Positions 24,331 to 35,170 of a stretch of DNA of 54,458 nucleotides are shown here, in pieces. The notes below the pieces were generated by a model. The model was not told the DNA's origin and ran no database searches. It worked only from the letters and a program-made list of their open reading frames with translations. This DNA is from Octopus bimaculoides (taxonomy: Eukaryota), in the NCBI RefSeq assembly GCF_001194135.2, contig NC_068984.1, positions 51,710,834 to 51,765,291 of the forward strand, read 5' to 3'. A program made the position numbers and the translations under genes. Positions within the stretch are counted from its first letter, which is position 1. Every line of letters starts with the position of its first letter.

Positions 24331-25180
24331 ATATAGTGATACACACTATAATTAATATTTGATAAATTCTGAATCATTGTTGACCTCACTGTTGAAATTT
24401 ACTTATTTTTAGTGTTTGCATCAAGTGTATGTGACTTGCATTTTGAGATAATTTTCTTTTTTATATGGCTGAATGCCCTTCCTAATGCCAATAGCTTTAC
24501 ATAAAAAGCACCAGGCACACACTGTAAAGTGTGCTGGCGTTAGAAAGGGCATCCAGCTGCAGAAACCATGTTTTGCATTCTATCTACTGTATAGTACCTT
24601 ACGCCAATGCCTTCAGTGAAATTAGTAAATGGAAACTGTATGGAAGCCCATTTTATGTGTGAGTATGAATGTTTACATTCTTCACATTGCATGAAAAGTA
24701 TTGAGCAATAAATGGTGACATTGACATTCCCTGTCAAAATTGCTCTCTAGTTCTATGTTTTAGAAGACATGCAAAAACAAAAAAAAACCCCACTTGAAAA
24801 ACAGGTAATGGAAAGTGACAGGAAGAGCATCCTATGTATTATACACACCCCTAATTTTCATTTTGGTAGAGAGTGGGGGACAAAAACAGGAACCTGTTTG
24901 TCAGACAGTAAACCTGAAACAAGTGGAATTTATGCAGAAACAACAGTGATAGATTTGGTTTGAATTAATGACTGGAATAACACAATAGAGTAAAAGTTTC
25001 TATATCCTCTTCTCTCTGGATTTCTTTATGAAAGCCAAACATCTTAAAGAACTTCTTTTACTCAAATGTATCTGCTATCAACAGAAATTTTTTTTTTTTT
25101 TAAATTTGGCAGAATTAGTTCACCGTTTCCAATTTGTAGCCTATTCATTCTTAGCAAACTTCAAGAAAAACAATACTTAC

Positions 25181-25291
25181 ACATTAGATGCTATTTCTTG
25201 TTTTTCTTTAAAGTGCAACAAACGAGCAGCATGGAAAACAAATTCAACAGTATAATGAAGCACCATTATACACAGAGCAACCCGTGTAAAA
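25181..25291 (-). CDS. TRAM1: TRAM1 coding exon 9
   Basis: Acceptor tttttag|, donor |gtaagt; 111 nt; (N)FTRVALCIMVLHYTVEFVFHAARLLHFKEKQEIASN (TLC-domain LHY..EF.FH motif). Confidence 0.95.
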
Positions 25292-25920
25292 CTAAAAATA
25301 GAAAAATAAAATAAAAGCAAATTACGGAAAGCAAGCACAAAGTAGATTTTGTACAGAGGAGGAGATATAGTGAATTGCAATTGTGATCATTACTATATTA
25401 CAGGCATTTGCTTCACTAACTATGGTTGAATAGATTACAAAAAAGATACCTTCCAGATTTATACTTCCAAACTATGATGCTGAATTAATTATTAATTACT
25501 ATTAGGTATTCAGCCTGACATTTTGTCATATCAGCTGCATGAATATGTACCTATGAGAAAAGATACCATTGGTTTCTTTCAAAAGAAAGCAGGAGAGCAG
25601 AGTGAAGTCAGCTGAATCAACTTTATAATAGATTTAACATATTAACTCCTGGAGGATGAAAAACTAAGCAGATTCTGGTATGATTTTCATTCAAAACTAA
25701 AGACGAAGCTAATTATTGTACAGAATTTAGTCTAGTGCTCAACAGTTACACTTAAATATTATCTTCAAAAACAAAATACAAAATTAGTAATGAACAGAGA
25801 AAAAAAACGAAACCTATCAAATATTGAATTTTACTAAAAAAGGATATTAGTATAAACAGAGAGAAGTATGTGTGCAGAAAACAAGTTGATATACAAGAGA
25901 TAAAAAAAAACATTACATAC

Positions 25921-25991
25921 TTGAGTACATATGCAATTAAAATAGTAGCAAGGTAAAAACTGATATATTGAACTCTGGCAGATATTTCGTC
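25921..25991 (-). CDS. TRAM1: TRAM1 coding exon 8
   Basis: Acceptor tattttag|, donor |gtatgt; 71 nt; DEISARVQYISFYLATILIAYVL. Confidence 0.92.
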
Positions 25992-26964
25992 CTAAAATAG
26001 AGTAAAGAGAAAGAAATTTTAAATAGTCAACAATAAAGTTGAACATTATTTTTGTAAATCTTGGGAGGGATGGGAGTTTATTTCTGAATGTATAATAATT
26101 TGCAGGCACAATATAAAAACAAATATTTTCTTCATGGAATTCCACAAGTTCATAATTATCCTTATCAGGGCCTATATTTATGGAGTTCAGTCGCCTAATG
26201 GATAAGAAAGTTAATTTAGAAATAAAAGTTCTTAGTTTCAATGTAGCTTGGGACTAATTTATGCATCCAGAAATAAAACAAAGATCAAACCAACTGAAAT
26301 TCATTTATATGAACATGAAGTTTATAGCCCAGAAAATAATTTTATTTAATTTTCACTGTTGAATTTACCGTACATACAGTACACCAATTCTCACAGTCTG
26401 TTATCAGAAGCTAGGATTGGGATCCAGTGTTAAGTCTGAGAGAAGGGCTTAGAAACTACTATGAGGTTGAATACTGGCACAGCATTTTGCAGTCCCCTAG
26501 CCACAAAAATGTAAATATTGCAAGATACTTATAACAGAATATGAATTGTTGACCTTGAGACAGTAGAATGATATATCAGCAGAAGCAGTTGTCATTTTAT
26601 AGTTAATGGATATACATGTGATAACTGATAGAAATAGTTTCAAGATTGATTAATGAAGATAGATACTTCAAACACTGGAGAAAGCAGCAGGTAGATGACT
26701 CAAAGAAAGAATTTGCTTTGCATCTTTAACTTTAGATATCTAAGTCTGAATGCAGATGAAAACAGATCGATGTACCATTGGTATTCATAATCAATTTTAT
26801 GTTTACATAAATTAGAATGGCTATGAATGTAAGTGGCTATGACACGCAGTGGGACTGAACAAGAAACCACTTAGTTGAGTAACTAACTTTTTAACCATAC
26901 AGTCATACCCAAGAATACTTATAGAGAGAGAAGCAAAATAGCTTCTGCAATTAAAAATACATTA

Positions 26965-27250
26965 ATAAATGGGCAAGTGTCTTCTATTATAGCCTTGGGT
27001 CAACAAAAGCTTTGTGAGTAGATTTGATAAATGGAAACTGAAAGAAGTCTAGTGTGTATGTATCCCGCTACTTCTTGACACCAGTGTTGGTGTGTTTATG
27101 CCCCTATAACTCACTTGTTTGGCAAAAGAGGCCGATAGAATAAGTTCCAGCCCCCCCCCCAAAAAAAATAACTAAATAAGTACTGGGGCTGTTTGAGTTA
27201 ACTAAAAGGTCTTCAAGGCAGTGCCCCAGCATGGTCACTATCAAATGACT
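26965..27250 (+). mobile_element. SINE family B body with a different SINE-like tail (composite), partial
   Basis: gggcaagtgtcttctattatagccttgggtcaacaaaagctttgtgagt...aaatggaaactgaaagaag, then aaagaggccgatagaataag...aaggcagtgccccagcatggtcac. Confidence 0.55.
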
Positions 27251-27290
27251 GAAATAAGATAAATATAGGAACCTCTTTCTGAAAACTTAC

Positions 27291-27344
27291 CTTTTTAATT
27301 TTTTGGAAATAAAGTTCAAAATAACAGTGGATCCAGTAAGCAAT
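27291..27344 (-). CDS. TRAM1: TRAM1 coding exon 7
   Basis: Acceptor tctttctag|, donor |gtaagt; 54 nt; IAYWIHCYFELYFQKIKK. Confidence 0.95.
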
Positions 27345-27485
27345 CTAGAAAGAGATACAGAAAATCAATATCATCAAAACATTTTAATGAAAAATAAGTA
27401 CAATTTTAATTAATATGAATAAAAATTTGTAAACATTTACATTATCTACATTTGACGGATATTCGTCCTCATCTTGTTTGTTGTT

Positions 27486-27533
27486 AACACAACGTTTCGG
27501 CTGATATACCCTCCAGCCTTCGTCAGGTGTCTT
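27486..27533 (-). ncRNA. Minimal type I hammerhead ribozyme motif (left-arm copy)
   Basis: Exact reverse complement of 27993-28040. Confidence 0.7.
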
Positions 27534-27992
27534 GGGGAAATTTCGAACCTGGGTTCTCATTCCTATTGATGTTACTATTATTATTATAATTATTATTATT
27601 ATTAATCAGATCGCTGCCGTGAATCGAACTCGGAACCTTGGGGTTAGTAGCCCGCGCTCTTAACCACTACGCCATATGCCCACGGGCATATGGCGTAGTG
27701 GTTAAGAGCGCGGGCTANNNNNNNNNNNNNNNNNNNNNNNNNNNNNNNNNNNNNNNNNNNNNNNNNNNNNNNNNNNNNNNNNNNNNNNNNNNNNNNNNNN
27801 NNNNNNNNNNNNNNNNNNNNNNNNNNNNNNNNNNNNNNNNNNNNNNNNNNNNNNNNNNNNNNNNNNNNNNNNNNNNNNNNAACCCCAAGGTTCCGAGTTC
27901 GATTCACGGCAGCGATCTGATTAATAATAATAATAATTATAATAATAATAGTAACATCAATAGGAATGAGAACCCAGGTTCGAAATTTCCGC

Positions 27993-28040
27993 AAGACACC
28001 TGACGAAGGCTGGAGGGTATATCAGCCGAAACGTTGTGTT
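27993..28040 (+). ncRNA. Minimal type I hammerhead ribozyme motif (right-arm copy)
   Basis: aaGACAC-CTGACGA-a-GGCTG gagggtatat CAGCC-GAAA-CGTT-GTGTT. Core CUGANGA/GAAA, 5-bp stem II, stem I GACAC/GTGTT, palindromic ACGT in place of stem III, predicted GUU cleavage after 28035. Confidence 0.7.
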
Positions 28041-29564
28041 AACAACAAACAAGATGAGGACGAATATCCGTCAAATGTAGATAATGTAAATAATGTAAAT
28101 AATTCCTCATCTCTTAAATATAGAACTGTAAAAATTTGTAAAGTTATTTCATTTACACACTGCAATGGTTTGATGAATAAATATGCATTTGTAATGCTAA
28201 ATGAATGTGAACCACTGGCTAAATTTTTTTAACAAAATATTTTGTTAAGAAAAGGATATGAATTTGTGACTCACATGTCATAGACCTATTTAAGACTACT
28301 TAAACATCATATACAATATTATCCTTATAAAATCTACTTATCCATTCAATTTAGTTTTAATATTATTATTGTACATGCTGACTCCATTTAATATCCGACA
28401 GACAAATAAAATGTATATCAATTATACAGCTAGTAGTACAATATTGAATCTGCATGTATTTTTTTGTCTAATATCAACTGACATTTGATGACAAGGATGA
28501 CTTTGATATAGATTTGCTGATCTAAGTAATAGTAGTGACAGAGTACCGTGCAGAGTCCAAAAGAGTATACTGGCCCACTTCAAAAAGTAAATTTAGAATC
28601 AGTATAAGCATCATTGTTTCAATGTCCACTTTTCCATGCTGGCATGGATCAGACAATACTTTTGTTGATGCAAATTTTTCTAAGGTGAGATGCTCTTCCT
28701 GTCATCAATCATCCACTTTTATCAAGCAAAGTATACTGAACAATGAACAGTTCACTACCTAAAAGACATTTTCGTGGATGATACTGGATATATGGTTAAC
28801 CTTTCTTTATGACCATCATGTTTGTATAGAAATGGCATGTTTATAATTCATTTAATTTGCTACATCTAATATATATAATCTCTATGTTCCCTTCCATGAT
28901 TGTTGCTAACTAGCATTGATTAAAGCTTGGAGGAAAAATTTCTAGCAGTAGATTAGAAGAGTTCAGGCAAATAGGGAGCCTAGGAGTTAATACTAATCTA
29001 AATCAGCAATTTACAAAATATACTTTGCTCCAAGAAGCAACTAATGTAGACTGAAGATACTTTCAAAAATACCACACACTTGTTTTGCAGATTTTGTCTC
29101 TTCTATTGCTTCAGCAAGGCTTTATACTAGGAAACTTATTGCTTATCTTTAAAATTGCAAAAAAAAAAAAAAAAAAAAAAAAAAAAGACAAAATGTCTCT
29201 GCAAATGTTTTAAAGCAAACCAAACTTACCACACAGGGAAAACATTAAAAAGCTGCTGTCAGCTCAGCCTAAATACTTCTATGGTATGCAGATCACACAA
29301 ATACTCGATCAGTATATTTATCAAAACCAGCCATTAATGTGGTATGTTATTCTAAGATTTAGATTTTAAATATGATTATAATTAACAGACAATAAAAGAG
29401 CTGAGATTTGATTGACAGACTGAAAAGGTTATGTGACTCACAGAAGCGCAACTTCCATCGGTTCATTACAATAAAATATTTTTGCATTAATATATACATG
29501 GAATTTCAAATGTGATTAACATTAGAATGAAAATCATACAAAATTAAAGCCTTAAATGTCTTAC

Positions 29565-29595
29565 CTGTACAATGAAGAAAAGCTTGACAACAAAC
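29565..29595 (-). CDS. TRAM1: TRAM1 coding exon 6 (31-nt micro-exon)
   Basis: Acceptor attttccag|, donor |gtaag; (P)FVVKLFFIVQ, cf. TRAM FQMKFFYISQ; restores frame between neighbouring exons. Confidence 0.92.
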
Positions 29596-30784
29596 CTGGA
29601 AAATAATGATATTGGTTAGAAAGACAAGAATTAAGTTAACATCTCAATTACTATATTTTACCCTGTATTACAAACCACTCCACAACTTCTAATGACAAAC
29701 AAGATTTAGTCAAAGAGTCCTAGTGCAGCCCACCAGTTTACCAGCTTCTCTCAAACCGTTCAACCCATGCCAGCACTGATATCAAATGAGGAGTCCTTGG
29801 TGGGATTTGGAGGCAAAATTGACATTTTGAACTAAATCAATCAAGTATCTAATCTCTCCACCACCATATCATGTCACTTGTTTTGATATATGTAATCAAT
29901 ACTTTATGCTAACATAGGAAAGGCCAGTAACTGAGACAATTTTAGTAACTCGAGATATTTGTGAAATGCTGGAAGTGAATTGTTTTTCAGTTAGGCACCT
30001 TTCTACTGCTAATCACCCAACTGTAAAAGAGTGAAAGCTGTTGCCAATTAATCAATCAGACTAAAGTAATTAGATTAATGCAATTTGTCCAAGACCATAA
30101 TGTTTTCAGTAAAGTTTGTACAACCATATGGATAAAGTTTTGTTTTAAATTCACTCTTGCAGTTTCTTAATCAGGTAAAAAGTTCTTTGTTCCAGAGACA
30201 GAGCACAACATCTCTAAATCAGCAGAATAGTAACTTGGATCCCATGACTCAACATTTCAGTGGATCATTACGTATAACAAAACAAAAATCCGAATCTCCA
30301 GCCAAAATATTACAAGAAAAAAATTCTAATGATGCAGTGGTTATAGTAGTTGAGAGAGAGAGAGAGGTTGTTAAAAATGTAAGTTAAAGAACAAACCTAG
30401 TTAAATCTAGCAGAAAGATTATAAAATATAGAAATTATCTCACACTTATGATGATTGAGTAAAAAAAAAAAAAAACCCAGACTAGTATTTGATGTGAAGA
30501 AAGCACAAGCTCTACAGCAAAGGAAACAAATTTAAATTGTGATTTGATACTCATGAGACATCTGCAATGATAAAATCTGCTGACAGAGCTTCATGGATTA
30601 CTACACTATGTTGGTGCTAGGCTCATGATGCACCAACTCTAACATGAAACAAAAAGAACACTTCATAGAAATGGGGTCGCTCAGTAAGAACACTTCATAG
30701 AAGAGAAGTCTGGGCAACCCCAATTTTTGCTAGAAAATACAGCCAGAAACACAAGGTGCACAAAATAAAACTAATAAGACTTAC

Positions 30785-30843
30785 GGTAATTCAGCATGAG
30801 GATAATCTTCCCATAATGCATTAATATTTGTGATATAAGCTTC
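30785..30843 (-). CDS. TRAM1: TRAM1 coding exon 5
   Basis: Acceptor ttgtacag|, donor |gtaagt; 59 nt; EAYITNINALWEDYPHAEL (LWxxYPH). Confidence 0.95.
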
Positions 30844-30959
30844 CTGTACAACATAAAAAAATCATGTGCATTAGGTAACAATGCAATAACATAACAGTTA
30901 AGGTAATTTTAATGCAATCATTAATGTTTAGTTTCAAATGGAAGAACAGAATAACTTAC

Positions 30960-31076
30960 CCGAATAATAATGTCTGCTCCCCATAAAGCCGATAAACCAA
31001 AAAATATAATTAACTGGCCGGACTCATTGAATTTACTGTGTTTTACCTTGGAAAGGTGCATTTTTCGATTGAATTT
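30960..31076 (-). CDS. TRAM1: TRAM1 coding exon 4
   Basis: Acceptor ttttcag|, donor |gtaagt; 117 nt; KFNRKMHLSKVKHSKFNESGQLIIFFGLSALWGADIIIR (the KHSKFNESGQL hallmark). Confidence 0.97.
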
Positions 31077-31259
31077 CTGAAAAGAAAATTGGTATTTGAA
31101 AAATGATTTAAGGCCAAATAATTTTGACTTTTTAAAGTCTATTTTTAAGGAATAGAAAGCTCATTATTTAACCCCAAATTCCTCCTTTATGCCTGGTTTT
31201 CTTGTTTAAATTAGGTTTTACTACAAGATAAGGTTTTGTTTTCTTTCTCTAAAACATCT

Positions 31260-31479
31260 ATATTCACAGCTTTGAGAATGTTATCTGGCCCAAATATTCT
31301 ACCTCTTGTGTTCAATCCAGCCAGAGTTAACCTCTCACACCTAGCCTACAATGTCATTCTAAAAAGAAACAATCATATCATTGAAATTTCAAAGCCTGAG
31401 ACAATGCATGATTAATTCAAAACAATGTGAATAAATAAGGACTACACTTGATAGAGTAATCTGAATGCTAAAGGGTTAA
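31260..31479. mobile_element. TTAA-flanked MITE (piggyBac-like), left end degraded
   Basis: Ends gtaatctgaatgctaaagggttaa; colinear with 47392-47612. Confidence 0.7.
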
Positions 31480-32473
31480 TTATTAAAACTATTATAGCAA
31501 AAAGATACAATTATATTATATGGCCCAACCCATGCCAGCACAGAAAACAGACATCAAATGATAACATTACATAAGCAACATAATATTTACTTGCTTTGTG
31601 CTAATCTGCTAATACATTTCATAACGCAGTTATTCATTAACAATACTGATTCCAACTTTCCATTATTGGAAAGCCTTAAATGAATATGAAGTACAACCTT
31701 CGCGAGGATAAAATGCTGAGCCAAATGGTTAGTTTTATATCTTATTCCGGCTGCTGTACTAAGCCTTTAAGCAAGGCAGATGATTTAGAGAATAAATAAT
31801 TCAGAGTTATGATCCAAGTGAAAAAACAGTGTTAATATATTTAATGCAGAGTGGATTCACAGCTGAATAGAAATAATTATGCAATGACAAGAAAACTATA
31901 TTACATAATGACTAATATTATTCTTATTTTATAGGAAGTACGGAAGACAACTTTGGACAAGTTTTGGTCTTACTCTGATCTCAACAGAAGAGCATAGCCT
32001 TCATATTTGCTGAAGAACTGATAAAAGAATAACACTGATGTACAAGACTGTACATCTCAGCCATGCAAGCATAGATGGAAAATCACACAAAAGACAAGAA
32101 ATGAAAATATATAAATTTAATCTTGAAAAGAATTTATAATTTACTGTAGTGTGACAACAAAACAAAGAATAAAATGTTTCTCATTCATTAAATGAATGAG
32201 GATGTCCTTTCCCACTACATCCTCTGAATAGTGAGTCACTCATAGTTGAAAATCACATAACATTTATTTAATGATTATCGTAGGTACCTAAACAGGATGT
32301 ACTGAACATAAGGTAAACTATAACACTTTTATAAACCAATAGTATATGCTCAAATTAGTGTATTGCTTTTAAAAATTTCTACATAATATGAAATTAACAG
32401 AAATAGTATAAAAGTGTACCAGTAATAGTATCAATCTGAATGATAATTTTGCAACGAATAATACATTACTTAC

Positions 32474-32592
32474 ATCCAAAAGATATTCCTGGATGATAGC
32501 ATGAACAATTATGCAAATAAGCATGTAAAAAAATACAGCAAAAGCATCTTTTGGTCCATAAGTGTAATAATTAGTCTGTGAATCTTCACTGC
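32474..32592 (-). CDS. TRAM1: TRAM1 coding exon 3
   Basis: Acceptor ttttatag|, donor |gtaagt; 119 nt; (G)SEDSQTNYYTYGPKDAFAVFFYMLICIIVHAIIQEYLLD. Confidence 0.97.
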
Positions 32593-32849
32593 CTATAAAA
32601 AAAAAATACCACAAAATCAAGTTATAACAAATCAGTCACACATGCAAATTATACAAAAAGTTGTAACTATACACACACACACACATATCTGTAAAGAACA
32701 CAAATGGGTTTAAAATTTACTACAGCTGCTTTGGTAGAATTTTATTGATGTATTCATAAATTATATCATAACATAAATCCAACATCTTCAGGTAAAATTT
32801 TAAACAAGTATAAACAGGCAAGGTAAAACCTTGACCTATCCAACTATCA

Positions 32850-32856
32850 ACATTAT

Positions 32857-32922
<66 letters not shown>

Positions 32923-33038
32923 CTTCTTTCAAGATCTGTCTTTGGTTGGCCTTGGACTATAGTAAAAGATATCTAAGGACTGAACCCAAAACCATGTGGT
33001 TGAGAAGCAAACTTTTTACCACACAACCATGCCTGCAT
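32850..33038 (-). mobile_element. SINE family B with (TA)n tail
   Basis: Reverse complement head gcaggcatggttgtgtggtaaaaagtttgcttctcaaccacatggttttgggttcagtcc; (TA)n at 32850-32917. Confidence 0.7.
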
Positions 33039-33110
33039 CTATACGTCTATATTTCTGAAATTAATATGAAATATCCAGATTATAAACCATATTTTTCATG
33101 TTTGATACTA

Positions 33111-33234
33111 CAGGGTGTCCACAAGGTCTAGGTACATGGAGTAAATAAAATAATATAAACAATTAAATATAAGAAATAATAATTTCTTAAAGTATGTGTT
33201 AATCCCCATGTACCCAGACTTTGTGGACACCCTG
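33111..33234. mobile_element. 124-bp Tc1/mariner-type MITE with TA TSD
   Basis: TA|cagggtgtccacaaggtctaggtacatgg ... ccatgtacccagactttgtggacaccctg|TA; ~29-bp TIRs with 2 mismatches. Confidence 0.85.
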
Positions 33235-33746
33235 TATTTCACTTAGTCCAATCTCTGATCATTTTCAGGTGCTGTTTCTTAATTTAAAACCAAACACAGT
33301 AAATGCATATGCATGTAGGAAAAGGACATCTGAAAATGACTAGCAAATCCAGCATATTGAAATGCAGCATATAATATACAATAAAGAGATTGATAACCCA
33401 AGATTATTATATGCAGCAGTCCTAAATAGGACTGCTCCATGAGTGACCCCATTCTACACATTAGGATACACAACAAATCACAGTGCAGACAATCTAATAA
33501 ACCAATGAAACTAATATCTCTTTTAATCAACATTACAAGCAAATGAAGTAGTCTATGCAGCCACTTGAATAGCTAAAAATGACAGCTGAAACTTCCTAAA
33601 ATAACACTACCTGTCTGAAAAACAAAGATAGTCACAGTTGGAATAGCTTGGATCATAAGTTTGATCAAACACGGCTGCAATACAATAATGCTAAAAACTT
33701 GCTGTTAAATAAATTTAATACATTCTAAAATAATGCTCTTACTTAC

Positions 33747-33804
33747 CGTTAACGGTGACATTGTGTTGCATTGCTATAAAAAGTGTTGCCACTGGAGAAG
33801 TGAC
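33747..33804 (-). CDS. TRAM1: TRAM1 coding exon 2
   Basis: Acceptor atttgcag|, donor |gtaagt; 58 nt; VTSPVATLFIAMQHNVTVN (QxNVT). Confidence 0.95.
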
Positions 33805-35019
33805 CTGCAAATAGATACAAAGACAGTTTGAATCCAAACAGTTACAATGTGAAACATTCCTGAGACAATAAAAGGCAACAATCAAACTGAATATGAGTGA
33901 AGACAGATTATGTTAAATGACTTTACATAGTTAAAGAAAAATTAATAGGGAGAGGAAAAAGAGGCATAAAATATTTTCATTATTCAGACATCTTGTCAAA
34001 AATTGAAGCTTTATTTCAGAAGATCATGGATTCCACTTCACACTGCATTTAATCATTAAAGGGCATCTTTCAGATCATGTACTTATGTTGTTTGGAGATC
34101 TAAAAAATAAAAAAAACTTACATGCTTGCTATGGTTTTTTTTATAAAGGTCATTTTGAACAAAACGCACACTAAAAATTATGAAAATATTTATAGGAGGA
34201 AAGCTAGCGTCCATGACCTTTGAGGGGCCTTCAAGTATGATATAGGAGAATATAGGTAAAAGAAACTGTAACACACGAGTTGTTGCAGCAGAAGCCAGTC
34301 AAGACAGTCATCCTCAGACCAGTGACCTGGTCAATACACTTGCAACAAAGTGGATGTTGTCAAAAATACCTCAAGGCCAGCTGGTGGTGGTTAAATTGAC
34401 TTGAATTGAAATGACTGTTTCTTCAATTGGAACCAATTGGAACCCTTTCCACTCAGTTGTGAAATAAAAGCAAACCCCTCATGTGTTCTTCCAGTAAATC
34501 AGCAATCATCCATGAATTAACACAAACTTGTTACATTGCCATGCATGGAAGATTTTATGTTAATGTTGCACAAATGAGTTGAAACTACAAATTGTAATGA
34601 TTTTTGAAGTATAAAATTAAAACTAGGCAAAAACTAAAACTTCAGAGGGAAAATATCAAAATTCTATGAAACAAGTATAATATAGCATTGCTGTAAGACA
34701 GAAGCAAAATAGATAAGTAGACGCAGGACTGCTAGCTCATGAACTGTGTGTTCAAATCCACAACTGGAATTTTGCTTTGAACAAGTAAGAAACTATCTTT
34801 AAAACTTCAGTTCAACCTGTCAGTAACGGCTACAAGATCTTGGAATTTTACTTGCAGATAGCAACCATGACAGGGACTGACAGAAGTGGGGGATCAAGAA
34901 GAGCAGTAGTGTGCCATGAAGTTTGCTTCCTAACCACATTGCTCTAGGTTCAATCCTACCATTCAGCACTCATGTTACTCTGTCAAATATATTTATTCAT
35001 ACACATTGTTTTCAACTAA

Positions 35020-35170
35020 TCATTCATCATTTTGTACTGTTGAAATTTTGATGTGATTGTAAATTTTCGAAATGACACTATAGGGTAGGTGTGAGAGGCA
35101 GAATCTGGGCAGTTTGAACATAAAACAAAGAGAATATTTGGGCCAGATATGGCTGGATTAAATGTTAAAA
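35020..35170. mobile_element. TTAA-MITE family, partial copy
   Basis: aaatgacactatagggtaggtgtgagaggcagaatctgggcagtttgaacataaaac...ttaaatgttaaaag, colinear with the reverse complement of 47392-47530. Confidence 0.55.

Larger units (their letters stand above)
27420..28142. mobile_element. Head-to-head inverted pair of a tRNA-headed, hammerhead-containing non-autonomous retroelement with 14-bp TSD
   Basis: 27434-27681 is the reverse complement of the unit starting at 27684 (read across the N-gap); spacer ac at 27682-27683. taaaaatttgtaaa is repeated at 27420-27433 and 28129-28142. Confidence 0.85.

Noticed and set aside
26125-26200. Plus-strand peptide YFLHGIPQVH resembling TRAM YWLHAFPELY
   Set aside because: Wrong strand, and the true exon is at 27291-27344. 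Chance resemblance.
27648-27910. Functional tRNA gene(s)
   Set aside because: A and B boxes are present, but the acceptor and anticodon stems do not pair properly, and the head runs into (AAT)n and a retroelement tail. Treated as a SINE head.
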